Of a DNA stretch of 64,000 nt, positions 21,321 through 36,300 are shown one piece after another. Made by a program: the position numbers and the translations under genes. The DNA lies in the NCBI RefSeq assembly GCF_009914755.1, contig NC_060947.1; one strand, given 5' to 3'. The stretch is from the human T2T-CHM13v2.0 reference genome, Homo sapiens. The notes beneath the pieces were generated by a model. The model did no database searches and had not been told where the DNA came from. It worked only from the letters and a program-made list of their open reading frames with translations. The stretch's first letter is position 1. Each line of letters opens with the position of its first letter.

Positions 21321-24300
21321 TCTTTTGAAACCATATTTGAGAAATAACCTTGACTTTCACTTCTAGTCAAGATAGAGTAACAGGGACCTGATTTACCCTC
21401 CCAGGCATAACTAAAAACAGAAAAAAACTGACAAAATTATATGAAAAAATAGCACTTAAGTCACTGGACTTCAGGCAAGTAAGGTCAGTGATCTCCAAAA
21501 GATGGAAAGGCTTAGATGAGCCCTAAGATGGCTATATCTTCATGCCTAGATAAATATTCTAGGCTGCAGGGAAGGGAAACTCAGTCAGAGCCTGCTAGTC
21601 TCCTTCAATTGAAAAAAATGGAGCCATGACTCTGGGGAAGCCAAGGTATCAAAATTTTTCAGAAAAGAGTTTTGGAGAGTGTAGACCTATGTAGAAAGAG
21701 AACTCTATTGCAATAGCACCGTTTTAATTTTTTTTTAATGAAAAAAAGGGGACTCTCTCAATTTTCAGAGGATCCAACTCCACCAATTATTCAGTTAAAT
21801 ATTGATTAGCACACGTGTATAAGAAAACTACATAAGGCCAGGAAAATAACCACCCAAAGGGGACAGTGATCAGAGCCCACATGGACCTATTTCCAATAGC
21901 CAAGGTAGAAGAACTTCACAATTCATAAAGCATTAAAATACAAAGAAGGTTTTGCATTAGTACTGGGGAAATGACTTCTAGACAAAGCACTACTTTGGTT
22001 CCACTTAACTATGCTTAACAGCAAGACTTATAGGGATAAAACTGATACTAAGTATAGGAATACAAATACATGCAGCAACCAACAAGATGAAATTCACTAT
22101 TTCTGGCATCCATTCACACTTTACTATTACCAGATGTACAAATAAGCAGGAAAAATATAACCCTTAAGATGGGTATTTGTGAATTTTCCAGTTTTCCTTC
22201 TACTGTTGAATTTCACTGTGGTCAGAAAAGATACTTGGTAGGATTTTGATCTTCTTACATTTGTTAAGATGTGCTAATTGTCTTAATGTGTTCTATCCTG
22301 GAGAATGTTCTGTGTACAGTTAGGAAGAGTATCTATTCTGTTGCTCTTGGGTTTAATGTTTTATATGTCTGTAAGGTCCATTTGGTCTGTAGTGTTTCTT
22401 AAGCCTGCTGTTTTTTATTGATTTTCTGTCCGACTGTTCCATCCATTATTAAAAGTGGGGTATTGAAGTCTCTTACTATTATTGTCTTTCTGTCTATTTC
22501 TACCATCAGTTTGTCAATGTTTCCTTATATAGTTCAGTGTTCTGATATTGGGTGTATATATATTTATAATTGTTGCATATTTCTGGTGAATTGACTGTTT
22601 TATCATTACATAATGTTCTTCTTTGTTTTTAAATGACGGTTATCTGTATTTTTAACCAAATGAAGTTGTCCCACAATTTGCTGATACTGTTTATTTTTAA
22701 AAATCTTTAACCCTATGTATTTTGTTTGGGATGATTTCTATTACTATTTCTGGAAGTTCACTAATCTTTTCTCCCTCTTTTTCTAAACTAAGAAATTTTT
22801 TGATCTTAGACATAATAGTTTTCATCTATAGACTTTTTATTTGAATCTTTTTTATTTCTGCCATGCCTCTACTTGGTCAGTTTTTCCTCAAGCTTTTTGA
22901 ACATATGAAATGGATTTATAATAACTTTTAATGTCATCAGCTAATAATTCTATTAACCATGTGATTTATTGGTCAGTTTTGAAGGAAATAATGAAGAGAG
23001 AGCAGAAATAAGCCAAATAAAGAATCAAATTTTTTTAATGCAACTAAGAGGGTTTTTTTTGAAAAAATAAACAAAATTGACAAATCTTTAGCTAGACTAA
23101 GAGAAAATAGAAAAGAATCAACTAATTGAAATCAGAGATGAAAGATGACACACTACAACTGATGCCAAAGAAGTAGAAAGGATCATAAGACTACTATGAA
23201 GAATCACATATCAACAAATTGGATAACATAAAAAATGGATAAATTCCTATAAGCATACAATCTGGCAAGACTGAGTCCTGTATAAATAGAAAATCTGAAT
23301 AGACCTGTAGTTAGTAAGGAGATTGAAACAGTAATTAAAAACTTCCCAACAAAGAAAAGGCCAGGACCAGCTGGCTTCACTGGTGGCTTCTGACAGACAC
23401 TTAAAGAAGAGTTAATGCCAATCCTTTTCAAGCTTTTCCAAAAAAGTGAAGAGGCGACACTTCCAAACTCATTTTATGAGCCTAGCACTACCCTAATAAT
23501 AAAGCTAGATGAAGATTCCACAAGAAAAGAAAACTAGAGGACACTATCTCTGATGAATATACAGGTAAAAATCCTCAACAAAAGACTAGCAAACTGATTT
23601 AACAGCACATTAAAAGTATCATACAACACGGCCAGTGGAATTTATCCCTGTGATGTGAGGAGAGATCAGCATGCAAAAGTCAATTAATGTGCTATATCAC
23701 ATCAACAGAATGAAAGATAACAGTCACATGATCATCTCAATAAATGCAGAAAAAGCCTTTGACAAAATTCAACACCCTTTCCTGATAGAAACTCTCAACA
23801 ACTAAAAATAGAAGGAAATTACCTCAACACAATAAAAGCCATATATGAAAAGCCCACAGCTAAGTCATACTTAATGGTAAAACACTGAAAGATCAGCAAA
23901 AAGACAAGGATGTCCACTCTTGACATTTCTATTCAACATAGATCCTAGAGACCTAACCAGAGCAATTAGACAAGAAAATGAAATAAAAGTCACCAAAATT
24001 GAGAAGGAAATGGTAAGATTATTGCTGTTTTCAGTTGACAAAATCTTATTTGTACAAAACCCAAAAAATTCCAAAAAGATTGTTAGAATTAATAAATGAA
24101 TTCAGTAAAGTTACAAGATGCAAAATCAACATACAAAGTCAGTTGTGTTTCTGTACACTATCAACAAACTATCTGAAAAGGAAATTCAGACACAATCCCA
24201 CTTATGATAGCACCAAAAAGAACAAAATACTTAGCAATAAATGAAACTATAACGTATTGATGAAAGAAATTAAGGTAGACACAAACATATGGGAAGACAT

Positions 24301-25616
24301 ACATGTTCATGGATTGGAAGACTTAACCATACTACTCAAGGCAATCTACAGATTCAATATAATCCTTATAAAAATCCCAATGGCATTTTTTTTTACATTC
24401 ATGTAAACTCCAAGTAGCCAGAACAATCTTATCCCCTGATTTTATAATATATTACAAAGCTGCAGTAATTAAAACAGTATGGTACTGCCATAAAAACAGA
24501 CATAGAGGCCATGGGAAAAAACAGAGAGCCCAGAAATGAATCCACCCACATACAGTCACTTGATCTTTGACAAAGTTTACAAGAATACACAATGCAAGAA
24601 ATGATAGTCCTTTCAATAAATGCTATGGGAAAAACTATGTCCACATGCAAACGTATAACATTGGACCCTTATCTTATACCATACACAGAAATTAACTACA
24701 AATGTATTAAACACTGAACATAACTTCTGAAACTACAAAACTCCTACAAGAAGCCATAAGAGAAAAACTTCAAGACTTTGCTTGTGGCAATGATTTAATG
24801 GATATGACACCAAAAGCACAGGCAACAAAAGCAAAAATGACCAAGTAGGATCACATCAAATTAAAATGTTTCTGCACAGCAAAGGAAACAATAAACAGAG
24901 TAAAATGGCAAACTGCATAAAGGATGAAATATTTGCAAATCATATATCTGATAATGGATTAATTTGTATAAAATATAAGAAATCCTACAAACCAATAGTA
25001 CAAAAGCTATTAACCCGATTGAACACTGGGCAAAGGAGTTCCATAAACATTATTCCAAAGAACATAAACATGGCCAACAGGTATAATAAATATATAAAAA
25101 TATATAAATCCAGCACTCCTACTTCTAGGTATTTGTCCAAAAGAATTGAAATCGGGATCTCAAAGAGATATCTGCACTCCCGTGTTTATCATGGCATTAA
25201 TTACAATAGCCAAGATATGAAAACAACCTAAATGAATGAATTAACAATGTAGTATATTTATGCAATGGAATATTATTAAGCATTAAAAAAGAAGGAAGTC
25301 CTACAATATGAGATAACATGGACATAATCCTAAGTGAAATAAGCTAATCACAGAAGGAGAAATACTGCATGATTCCACTCATATGAGGTATTTAAAATAG
25401 TCAAATTCTTAGAAGCAGAGAGTAGAATGGCAGTTGCTAGGAACTGAAGGAGGGGGAAACGTAGAGCTGCTATTCAATATGTATAAAGTTTCAGTTGTGC
25501 AGGATGATAACTGCAAGAGATTTGCAGTACAACATTATGCTTCTAGTTAACAATACTGTATTATAAATATAAAATTTGTTGAGGGTAGATCTCAAGTTCT
25601 GTGACCTTACCACAGT

Positions 25617-25665
25617 AAAATTAAATTAAATTAAATTAAATCAAATTAAATTAAATTGAATTAAA
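25617..25665. repeat. (AAATT)n pentanucleotide repeat at an L1MB-like tail
   Basis: About 9 tandem units read directly. Confidence 0.93.
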
Positions 25666-27068
25666 AATACAGGTAACTGAAGACCAAGAAGAAAGAGGAA
25701 GATAAAAATATTTGAAGAATAAATGGCCAAAAATCTTTCAAATTTGATTAAAGCTACACGCCCACTGATCCAATAGATTCATCAAGCTCCAAGCATAAAA
25801 TCCATAAAGAACATCACACCAAGCTATATCATAATCAAATTGCTCAAAACCAGTAAAGGAGTCAGAAACAAAGGATATGTTACACAAAGAGTATCAAAGA
25901 ATGTTGGAAGCAAGATGACAGTGGTGTATCACTTTTAAAGTACGGACGAAATCCATGCCAATATAGAATTATTTACCCAGGGAAAACAACTTTGAAAACA
26001 AAGGTAAAATGAGAACTTTTCACACAAGGAAAGGTAAAATGCTATATCATCAGCAAACTTGCACTACCACAAATGTTAAAGGGAGTCCTTCAAGCAAAAG
26101 GAAAATGATAGCAGAGGGAAATGTATCAAAACAAAGGAATACAGAGCACTGAAAATGGTAACTACATAGAAAAATATCATGATTATTTTCTTCCTTAATT
26201 AAGTTACTTAAAAATATAATCAACAGTTTAAACCAAAAAGTACCAAAATGCAATAGCACAGAGGCCAGAAAGGGAGAAATATAGTGTTGTATGTTTCTTA
26301 CATTATATGTGCAGTATTATGCGCTCAATTGAAGGTAGGTTGTGATAAGTTAAGGATGTATATTATAAACTCTAAAGCAGCCACTGAAATAATAAAACAG
26401 CATTATAGCTAATAAGTCATAAAATAAGTTAAATGGAATCATAAAAATGCAATGTGGTATCTTGGGTTAGATCCTAGAACAGAAATAGGACATTATTTCA
26501 TTACACACTGGTGAAATCTAACAAACTAATCTACAGATCCAACAAAATCCTATTAAAATCCCAGTATGGTTTTTGGTAGAAACTGACAAGGGGAATCTAA
26601 AACTCATAGAAATTCAAAGCGCCTAGAATAGTCAAAATTATTTCTGAGGAAGAATAATGAAGTTGGAGAACCTACATGACCTGGTTTCCGTAATTATTAA
26701 AAAGATATAGTAATCAAATCAGCAAACTATTGGCATAAAGATACACAAATAAAGCAATGAAGCAGATAGGTCAGAAATAAACCCACAGATGTAAGGACAA
26801 GTCTTTCAAACAAATGATAGTGAAACAGCTGAACATCCAAATGCAAAAGAAAATCCTTAACCCGTACCTTGCAACATACAAAAAAATTAAGTGAAAATGG
26901 ATCATAGACCTAAACGTGAAACCTAAAAATAAAATTTCTGGAAGAAAATATAGGAGAAAATCTTTGTGAATACGACTTAGGCAAACATTTCTCCTAAATG
27001 GCACAAGAATTCACAATCCATAAAAAATACTGATAAATTGGATTTCTTCATCAACATTAAAAGTTTCT

Positions 27069-27386
27069 GGCTCAGTGCGGTGTCTCACACCTATAATCAG
27101 AACACTTTGGGAAGCCATGGCGGGAGGATCGCTTGAGCCCAGGAGTTCAAGACCACCCTGGGTAACATAGTGAGACCCTGTCTCTACAAAATATTTAAGA
27201 AAAATTAGCCAGGCATGGTGGCACAAGCCTGTAGTCCAGTTATTGGGGAAGCTGAAGTGGGATAACTTCTGGAGCCCAGGAATTCAAGGCTTCAGTGAGC
27301 CACGATGGCACTGCTGAACTCCAGCTTGGGTGGCGGAGTGATATCCTGTTTCAAACAAAGAAGCAAAAAAAAAAAAAAAAAAAAAA
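27069..27386 (+). mobile_element. AluJ-like element
   Basis: Dimeric Alu with ggatcgcttgagcccaggag and a poly-A tail. Confidence 0.92.
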
Positions 27387-29534
27387 GACATTGTAATTCA
27401 AAAGACACTGTTAAGACAATGAAAAGATAAGTCCCAGACTGGGAGAACATGTTTGCAAATCAAGTGTCTGGTAAAAATGTGTTTCCAGAAAATGTAAATA
27501 ACACTCAAAACTCACAATCAGTAAACAAACAGCCCAGTTAAAAAATGAACAAAAGGTTTGAATAAACACTTCACAGAAGAGGATATATGGGTGGCAAATA
27601 AACTCATGAAGAGATACTCAACAAGATTGGTCATTAGGAATATGCAAGTTAAAACTACTGTGAGCTATCACATCACACCACTAGGATGGCTATAATGCCT
27701 TTTTGAGGCAGACACTAACAAGTATTGTTGAGGATGTAGAGAAACTGGGACCCTCATACACTCCCTCTTGGGATGGAAACTAGGACATCCACTTTCAAAA
27801 ACACTTGTATCTTAAAAAGTTATACATATACTTACAATATGAAACAGAAATCTCACTCCTGAGAATCTAAGCAGTAGAAATGGAAACATTTTTCCACAAA
27901 AAGACTTGTACACAAATGTGCAGAGCAGCATTATTCATAAGAGCCAAAACAGTGGAAATAACTGAAATGCTCCTCAACTTGTGAGTGAACACCCAAAATG
28001 TGCGATATCCATGCAATGGGATATTATTTGTCAACAAAAAGGAATGAAATACTGTTACATGTTACAATGTGAATGAATCTCAAAAACAATAAGCTAAGTG
28101 ACTGAAGGCAGACCCAAAAGGCCACATTTGTATAACTATTTATATGCAGCATCAAGAAAAAGCCACTCTATTTAGACAGAAAATATATTACAGGTTTCCT
28201 GGGGCTGTGGATAAGAACAAAGATCAACTGAAACTGAACAAAGAGCTAATTTTGGAATGATGGAAATTTTCTAAAATATTATGGTGATGATTGTACAACT
28301 CTTTAAATTTATTAAAACATGCTGAATTGTACACTTGAAATGGATGTTTCCTATGGTATATAAAATATAACTCAAATTATCCTGTAATGACCTCTTACTG
28401 CACCCAGAATTAAATCTAAACCTACAACTCCCACTAAACATAACTTCTAAGCATGCTCATGTTTTCCCAGAAAAATAAATGACTTGTCAAAAGGCTTACG
28501 TAGAGGGAATGGATTTTTTTAAAGTTTGCTGATTAAGGCAGCCAGGAGAAATGAGAAGGAGCTTAATGGCTTAATAATAAATAAATAAATAAATAATTTG
28601 TTGCATTTGAGGTAGATTGCCTTTACTATGGTCTTCAGGATTTGCATCTAATTCCCAGCCTTCCATTCTCTGTCCAGCAATTGAGAAGTTTGAGCTAAGA
28701 TTAAATCTAAATAAAAGGCCCTTCCTCTCTCTAATCTACAAAGAGTGTCATGCCAGTCACTGCTTAGATGTACTCACAATACCAAATTCCCTCTTTACAA
28801 ACTTCCATCAATCAAGCAGACTTAAAAATTGTATTAAGCAAGCACCATTTATCCAGAAGTGCGCTGGTTCTTGTGGATGAATGATAAGATCCCTTCCTTC
28901 AAATAAAATAACTGATTGAGATCCAATATAGAAAATGGAACAAATCATAACTGTTATGGTTAAAGTGGAAGTGGGACCCCCAGAGTCATTAATCTGTCCT
29001 CAAATTCAACCACCACCTGACTCTATCACAGTGGCCCTTTAAAACCCTCCTTAGAATTCCCTGGGCTCGTCAGAACATTATTTCAAAGTCACCCATGAAA
29101 TCTATCCTCTTTATTTCAGAGGTGAATAAATAAAGGTCCAGGATGGGAAAGGGACTAGCACAAGGCACATAGTCATGGTCCTCTGGGTCCTCTAAAAAGT
29201 ACAGATTTATGCATGAAGCAACTTGAAATCAGAGTAATTATATACACGAGGGCTTTCTAGACAGTGGCACTATGCCATATTTCTCTCTTTAACCTCCACA
29301 ACACCTATCATTCTGCTTTGGCCATAAGCGGGGCTCAATCATTACATTTGGAATGAGAAACTACTGAATGGTAGGTAGTAAATCCAGGGGAGTGATTATA
29401 GCATCAGTAGCCTCAGAGAAGAAAAGACATTACCATGGGTGGCAAGGATTTCATTCATTTGGTTCATATTTATTAAGAATCTATCTAAGTGACAGGAACT
29501 GAAAGCAACCGTCTGTTAAGAAAGGCTTTATTTA

Positions 29535-29970
29535 ATAACAATAGCTATTATATTTGTGGTGCCTACTATGTTCCAGCAACTGTATTAGGCACTTTTTATG
29601 CTATCAAAATTTAATCTTCATAAGAACCATATCGGCAGGTATGTTTCACTTTATTTTCACACATGAAGAATTTGAGGCTGAGAGAAGTAAAGTGACTTGC
29701 CCAAGAAGACAAATTCAGGAAGTGGAAAATCCAGCGTTGTAAATCTGATCACCTTTCCATCACAACAAGGAACTTTCATCATATGATGGATTTAAAGCCA
29801 TAAAAACCAGGCCAGTAGGGTGAATTCTTGTCCTGGCTCAGTCATCAATTTTCAGGGTGAAATAGTGCACTTCATGGAATCTCTTGGCACCTTGGAAATT
29901 CTACCTGGAAAGTAGGACTCAGTGTAGCCTTGCATGGAATTGTTGGATGCTTCAATGAGATGAAATCTGT
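29535..29970. mobile_element. MIR fragments (one on each strand)
   Basis: MIR core cacatgaagaatttgaggctgagagaagtaaagtgacttgcccaag, followed by a more diverged opposite-strand copy. Confidence 0.65.
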
Positions 29971-30188
29971 GGAATGTTTGGCCCTACAAGTGAGGAAGCC
30001 ATCCAGATCATTAAAGATGCAATTTTATATATAAAATTTCCTAATGAGATTTTTCCAAGAGGCTAAAGCACAGCTAGTATGACTCGTGAACCACAGGGAA
30101 ACCACAGGGTTTTCAGGGTACTTTAGGGTTTCTACAGTCACCAGGATGACAGTCTTAGGTAACTTTTGGACCAGTATTCCTGAGCTCC

Positions 30189-30588
30189 TGTCCTAGTCTG
30201 TTTGTGCTTCTATAACACAATACCACAGACTGGGTAATTTGTAAAGAACAAAAATTTATTTCTCCCAGGTCCGAAGGCTAGGAAGTTTAAGATCAATGTG
30301 CCAACAGATTTGGTGTCTGGTGAGGGGCTTGGTCTCTCCTTCCAAGATGGCACCTTGTTGCTGCATTTTCAAGAGGGAGTGAATGTTGTGTCTTCATATG
30401 GTGGAATCACAGAAGTACAAAAAAGGGTCTAAACTCATTCCAAGTCATTTTCTAAGGCACTAATCCATTCATAATGGCAGAGGCTTCATGACTTAATTAC
30501 TTCCCGAAAGGTCTCTCCTCTTAATACCATCAAAATGGTAGGATTATGTTTCAACACATGAAATTTGGGGTACATTCAAATCATAGCA
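30189..30588 (-). mobile_element. MaLR solo LTR (MST/MLT1A-like)
   Basis: tgtcctagtctgtttgtgct...acattcaaatcatagca termini and the accacagactgggtaattt motif. Confidence 0.85.
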
Positions 30589-30991
30589 GACTGCTAGGCC
30601 ACAGGTTCTCCAGACAGTCTCCTGAGCCAAGACTATAAAACATTCAGCTGGATACCTTCTTTTCAATGATTTCTTTCTGGCAAATATGGAAGAGGACAGG
30701 TGCAAAGAAGGAGAAGTTCTAGGGCCATGGATCATCCATTGCTGGGACAAACTTGGCAGGCTCATCTGTCACCCAGTTTCAGAGGTGACTCAGCCCCAAT
30801 GCACACTCAAAAAGCAGGGTAGGACAGCTGGGACCTGTAGGCCTTGAAGATGGGAAAATTAGGTGAAAAGATACTGTTTACTGGAGATTGATGGAAAAGT
30901 GCTGGTATTTGTTAATAAGTTGAGGGGATGATGAGAAGTGGACAATTCCAGATTATATTGTATAGGTATAACTGGCCAGGTCTTACTAATG

Positions 30992-31180
30992 CAGTTGTTC
31001 TCCACATGTAGTCCCTGCACCACCAGCAGCAGCATTGCCTGGGAACTTGTTAGAAATGTAAATTCTCAGGCCCCACTCCATATCTACTGAATCAGAGACC
31101 CTGGAAATGGGGCTCAGCAATCAATGATTTAAAAGCCCTTTAGGTGTAACCTCCTGCATGGTCAAGTATAATAACCACTA
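30992..31180. mobile_element. MER5A hAT-Charlie MITE
   Basis: Typical ctgggaacttgttagaaatg...aattctcaggcccc...actgaatcaga core; 8-bp TSD tactaatg/tgctaatg (7/8). Confidence 0.88.
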
Positions 31181-31877
31181 TGCTAATGGTGTGGATGGAG
31201 AGGGTCACATAAAAAGAGGAATAAAGAATGGCTTCCAGATTTCAGCATAGTGAGGCATTTACTGAGATGGGGAAGACTGGGAAATAAAAATGTTTAGGGG
31301 TGGGGCTGGAGTTGAGGGCCTGTTTGAGATGCCAGTGATACATGCAAGGGTGTAAGTTAAATGGGCAGTTAGATATGTGAGTCTGGAACTCAAGGGAGAG
31401 ATCAGAGCTATTGACTTTGATTAGAAGATCCTTCTGATGGGTCTTATTTATCCTAAGTGATGGGCCACCAAAGGATAGCCCAGCCCTGATTATGGCCCAG
31501 ATTTATGCTCAGTAAATGTCACTGAATGAACACAAAGGAGCTAGTTTTTCCTGCTTACTCCAGTCTGGTGAGAATATTGCCTAAGTACTAAGCATTCTTC
31601 CATGTAATATTTATTTGCTCAACTGGAAACAAAGCTACTGTCAGCAAAGTAGATTTCTTATAACAGTTCATTCTGATAACTTTCTTACATCTCAATACCA
31701 AATGCCAACACCTTTTCAGTCTCTCCTGTGGCCAGCATTGTTTGGCTTAATTTGCCCATCCACAAGTCCCAGAGGTTCCAGTTGTCCTGTGCCTTGGTCT
31801 TGAGTAAGCACTGGTTCTGAGTCAATCCCCAAGCCAGGTAACAGAGGAGCTTACCAAGACTGCCACACCAATGGCGG

Positions 31878-31970
31878 AAGGAAAGGAAGAAGGGAGGAAG
31901 AGAGGAAGAGAGGAAGGGAGGGAGGGAGGGAGGGGGGAAGGAAGGAAGGAAGGGAGGAAGGAAGGGAGGA
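31878..31970. repeat. Polypurine (GGAA/GGGA)n tract
   Basis: About 90 bp of purines only on the plus strand. Confidence 0.93.
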
Positions 31971-32059
31971 TATCAATTCAAAATTCCATCATTAGATGGG
32001 ATAACTTGAGTGCTATAATAAATCTCCCTGTGGAGTCTGTGGTTGGGGTATTGTAATTC

Positions 32060-33230
32060 ATTTTGACTGGGGAACTCGAGAAGGTTTTGGAGAAGACGAG
32101 GCATTTCATATGGGTCTTCCTTGAAAAATGAGTAGGATTTAGATGCTTGGAATGGGAGAGTGGCATTCTAGAACGAGGAATCTGCAGAGGCAAAGGTCTG
32201 GTGGAACGGAAATATATAAAACAGTAAGAACTTCTATATGGCTAAAGGATAGGATTAATAAAAAGCAGTAGCAGATAAGGTCAGAATAGTGGGTATGGGA
32301 CAGATTTCCGGGGAGGCAGCATGAATGCCATGGAAACACCGATAGGTAAATGTGTGTTCAACAGAGACACAGTAAGAAATGACGTAAGTGAGAAATGAAT
32401 TTCACCTCATGACACAATACACACATACACATATTTAAAACTAAACAAAACCTTCTCCAAAGTATACCTACTACTTCATATGCAATGTATGTTGATAATT
32501 TCCTTTTTATTTTAAAAAAGGTTTTTTAAAAATGCTACTAGTGACCAACTAAATTCTTTTTATGAGCTAATAATGGGACGCAGCCTGTATTTTTCAAAAA
32601 GATTGTCATACACAATGAAAAGTTAGTGAAGATGTTTGAGAAATAAAATAACAACCATGCTTTAGGAAGGTAGTTCTCAAGGCAATGTGGATGCCATTGC
32701 AGACAGAGGAGAGACTGTAGACAGGGAAGTAATTCTTCAGATGGAAATGGATACTGCATTACAAATATCCATGCCAATTCATAATGAAGGCCTGAAATGG
32801 AGCAGTGAACTGGGAGGTGGAGAGTGGGGCAGGTATTGGGTAAGATATTCAGGATAGAAATAGAATTAACTAAGTGATTGCAGGTGAGTCATTAAAGAGA
32901 AAGGGGAGTCAACATTGACTTTCAGATTGCCATCTGAGGTAACTGTGCAGAGAATGGTGGTATTAAACCAAAGGTTTAAGGGGAGGAGCTTGATTGCTGT
33001 AGGAAGAGACGTAGATATAAAGCTGAGATTTATCTGTGAAACTTCCAGGCGGACAAGCCCAGTAGGCTGTCATATGTATGGGCTAAAGCATGAATGTGGG
33101 TGGGGTATAGAGGTTGGAGATTTGGAGGATAATATTTGAAGCCATGGAAGTACAGGAATTTACTCAAAAGAGTGTGTAGAAAGAAAAAAAGAAAAGAAGG
33201 ACCCAGTCGAGAAACATTCATTTAAGAGTA
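32060..33230 (-). mobile_element. L2 fragments interrupted by a hAT-Charlie-like relic (~32350-32610)
   Basis: Purine-rich L2 antisense motifs (ggcattctagaacgaggaatctgcagaggcaaagg, atatttgaagccatggaa). Confidence 0.55.
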
Positions 33231-34329
33231 CCTACTTAACTCAACATCTCCTTCCAAAATGGTTTTTCTTTTTTTCAAGTGAGGAAAGCTCTTTGTGTAT
33301 GGATATGTGTACATCGGGGTGTGAGTGTACGCAATACACATGAATGGATGGCATGTGCATTTTAAGGAAATATTGTTTTGTACTTGGGGAGCTGGTGTAG
33401 GGCTCTGGTCCATTTAATGGTGCCTGTACTCACTGTCTCTGTTTTATTACTGCTATCCTCCCTTTCCCTCTTTTCTATCTCCCTTCTTTTGTTCCATTCT
33501 TGTCTCTCTTCTTCCACTTATCTACATGCTCCTTCATCACCATTTAAAAGTCCAAGGAAAACATGGGCAAAATAGATTAGTGTAGGATTTGGAGGCTGAG
33601 GTTGGGAACATAATGTGGGAGTGTGATTGGGATTGGGAGGAAAGACAGGGGTAGGCGTGTGTTCAGAGTTAGAAGCAGAAAATGGTCTGTGGTGGGAGAA
33701 TCTGCTTCTGATGTTTTTCCCACTGCAAATTCTGCCATTGGTGTGAGTGCTGAGTATGAATGCATATATTTCTGGGCTCGTGTCTTGATGTGTGTAAGGC
33801 TCTTAGCTTGACTTCAATAGGTCATTAGATGATGCTGCTGTCATCATTCCTGCTTCTGTCCAGCAAACATTATTTCTTTAACAGAAATATGCTGCTATGC
33901 TTATACTTCAGGAGATTTAGGATTATAGCAGTTGAAGAACTGTGAATAATGGTTAATCAGATAATCAGCATTTGTAAGGGCAGTTAATAACATTGAAATG
34001 TGCATGCCATGTGAATAGGAGGATATATTATTTTTTCTTTCCTAGCTGTGTAACCATGGGAAAGTTGCCTAATCTGTCTGATCCTCAATGTCCTTATCCG
34101 TAAAGTGGGGGTAATAATTCCTATCCCAGATTTCCTTTGGGAAGACTAAAGAGTAAATGAGCCAGGAGCTTTTAAATTAAAAGGTGCTTGACAAATGTTA
34201 GTTCCTTTCTTCAGTTTCTTTGACCCTTTGCTCCTTCCTTATTTCTATCTCTCATACATGTTTATCTGTCCATATGTGAACATCAAGTATATATTTATAG
34301 TACTTTCTCCATTTTAAATTCTTAAACCA

Positions 34330-36300
34330 AGTGGCTTAACCTTTGTATATTACTGTAAAATTGTCAAAAGCAGTTTAATTTAAGTCACTTTTGGAACACA
34401 CACATTTGGAATTGTTATGTCTTCTTGGTAGATTGACTATTTTTCATTATGTAATATCCATCTCTAGGAATTTTCTTTGCTCTGAAGTCTGTTTTATTTG
34501 ATATTAAGATGGCCATTCCTGCTTTATTTTGATTAATGTTTGCAAGGTATTTAGACTATTTGTTGTGAACATAATTATTGATACATGAAGGCTAAGTCTG
34601 CCTTTTTATTTTTTTTTCTGTTCATTCTCCGTAATTTTAGTTTCTCCATTTTCTTTGCCCTGCCTGCCTGTGGGTGACTGGAGCATTTTTTAAAAATTCA
34701 TATTGATTTATTTATAATGTTTTGAGTACATTTCTTTGTATAGCATTTTCAGTGTTTTCTCTCAGTAATATATTATGTATACATAATTTATTTAATAGTC
34801 TTCTGACATTACCACTTTACATGCTTGAATGAAGTGTAGAAGCATGTCCTCCCCTTTACATCTCTTTACATTTACAATCCCCTTTACATTCCCCAGTTTA
34901 CAATATAAATGTGTTAAATATTTCCTCTACATATGCTGAGACCACACTAGATAACAGTATAAATTTAGCTTCAATTATCAAAATACAAGAAATTTCAAGA
35001 GGAAAGAGAAAGTCTACTGCATTAACCATGCTTTTGCTTACTGTTTATTGTTTCTTTTCTGTTTTCAGAGCTTACTATCATCTTTTTTTAGGGTATATCT
35101 AAATTCCTTAGTATTTCTTCATTGGAGAATGTCTTGATTACCCATTCAATACTGAAGGATATTATTATTGGACATAGATTTATGGGTTGTCACTTCTTTT
35201 CCTTCAGCACTTACAAAATGCTAGGGCATCGTCAGTTTCTGATGATAAATCTGTCATTCTAATTTTTTTTTTCCTTTGTAGCTTTTGTTTCTCTTCAGCT
35301 GTTTTGAAGAAGTTTCCTTTTTCTTTCATTTTCAGAAGGTTGATTACAATGTGTTTTGGAGTGTGTTTCTTTGTGTCAATTATGTTGGTGTTTGCTCCTC
35401 TTCTTGAATCTAAATGTTTATGTCTTTTGCACAATTTGGGAAGATTTTAGTCATTATTTTTCCCAATACTTTTCCAATCCTGCCCTCTTTCTCCTGGGAA
35501 TTTGTTGGCATAAATGTTAAAGCTTTTGTTATAGTGCCACAGTGATTTCTATTGTTTTATATTTGTAAGCTATTTTTTCCCTCTCTCTTCTCCACCTTAC
35601 TGTTGAACCTATCCATTGAGTTTTTTGGGGTTTTTATGTTACTGTATTTTTCAGTTCTAAAAATGTCACTTTGTTCTTCTTTATGTTTTATATTTCTTTG
35701 TTGAGACTTTCTATTCATTTTCTGAGATTTTCTACATTATCATTTGTTTCAAGTGTATTGTAACTGCTCACTGAAATGTTTTTAGGACAGGTGCTTTAAG
35801 ATCCTTATCAGATAATTCTAACATGGGTGTTATCTCAGTATTGGCATCTGTTTATTTTCTCTTCTCATTCAAGTGGATATCTTAGTATGGAAAGTGATTT
35901 TTGATTAAAAGTTGGATACTCTGGATCTTATTTAAATCTTTTGTTTTAGCAGTCCTCTACCACTCTCTTGGATGGAAGAGGGACAGTAGAAGTCCAGTTT
36001 CTCCACTGTCTCTTGACATCCAGTTTGGAGAAGGGCTGTTTGTTACTGCTGTTTAGAGGTGAAAGTTTGGCCTTCTCTCTGGGCCTATGCTGATTCCATC
36101 CTAGCTGGTTGAGGTAGAAACTCCTAGTTACCACTGGTAAGGGTAGAAGTCATGGTTCTCCATATGGTCTTCACTGGGAGAGGTCTATTTTCACTGGGGA
36201 TTAAAGTCCTTGCTCACAACTGGTCCTTCTCTGGGCATGGGGTGGTGGTTCCTTTGAAGCTTGGTGAGAGTGGAAGTCTAGGCTCTCCATTTGCAAGCCT
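34330..36300 (-). mobile_element. Old L1M ORF1/5' region
   Basis: Minus-strand peptide KHTPKHIVINLLKMKEK...KIRMTDLSSET (35204-35434) resembles L1 ORF1. Confidence 0.75.

Larger units (their letters stand above)
21350..28380 (+). mobile_element. Cluster of nested old L1M fragments (5' end, ORF1, ORF2, 3'UTRs), including an antisense piece at ~22170-22980
   Basis: L1M-type 5' start (acttctagtcaagatagag), ORF2 remnants at 22990-25230, 3'UTR ending ~25620, ORF1 remnant at 25680-26150, and a second 3'UTR ending ~28380. Confidence 0.8.
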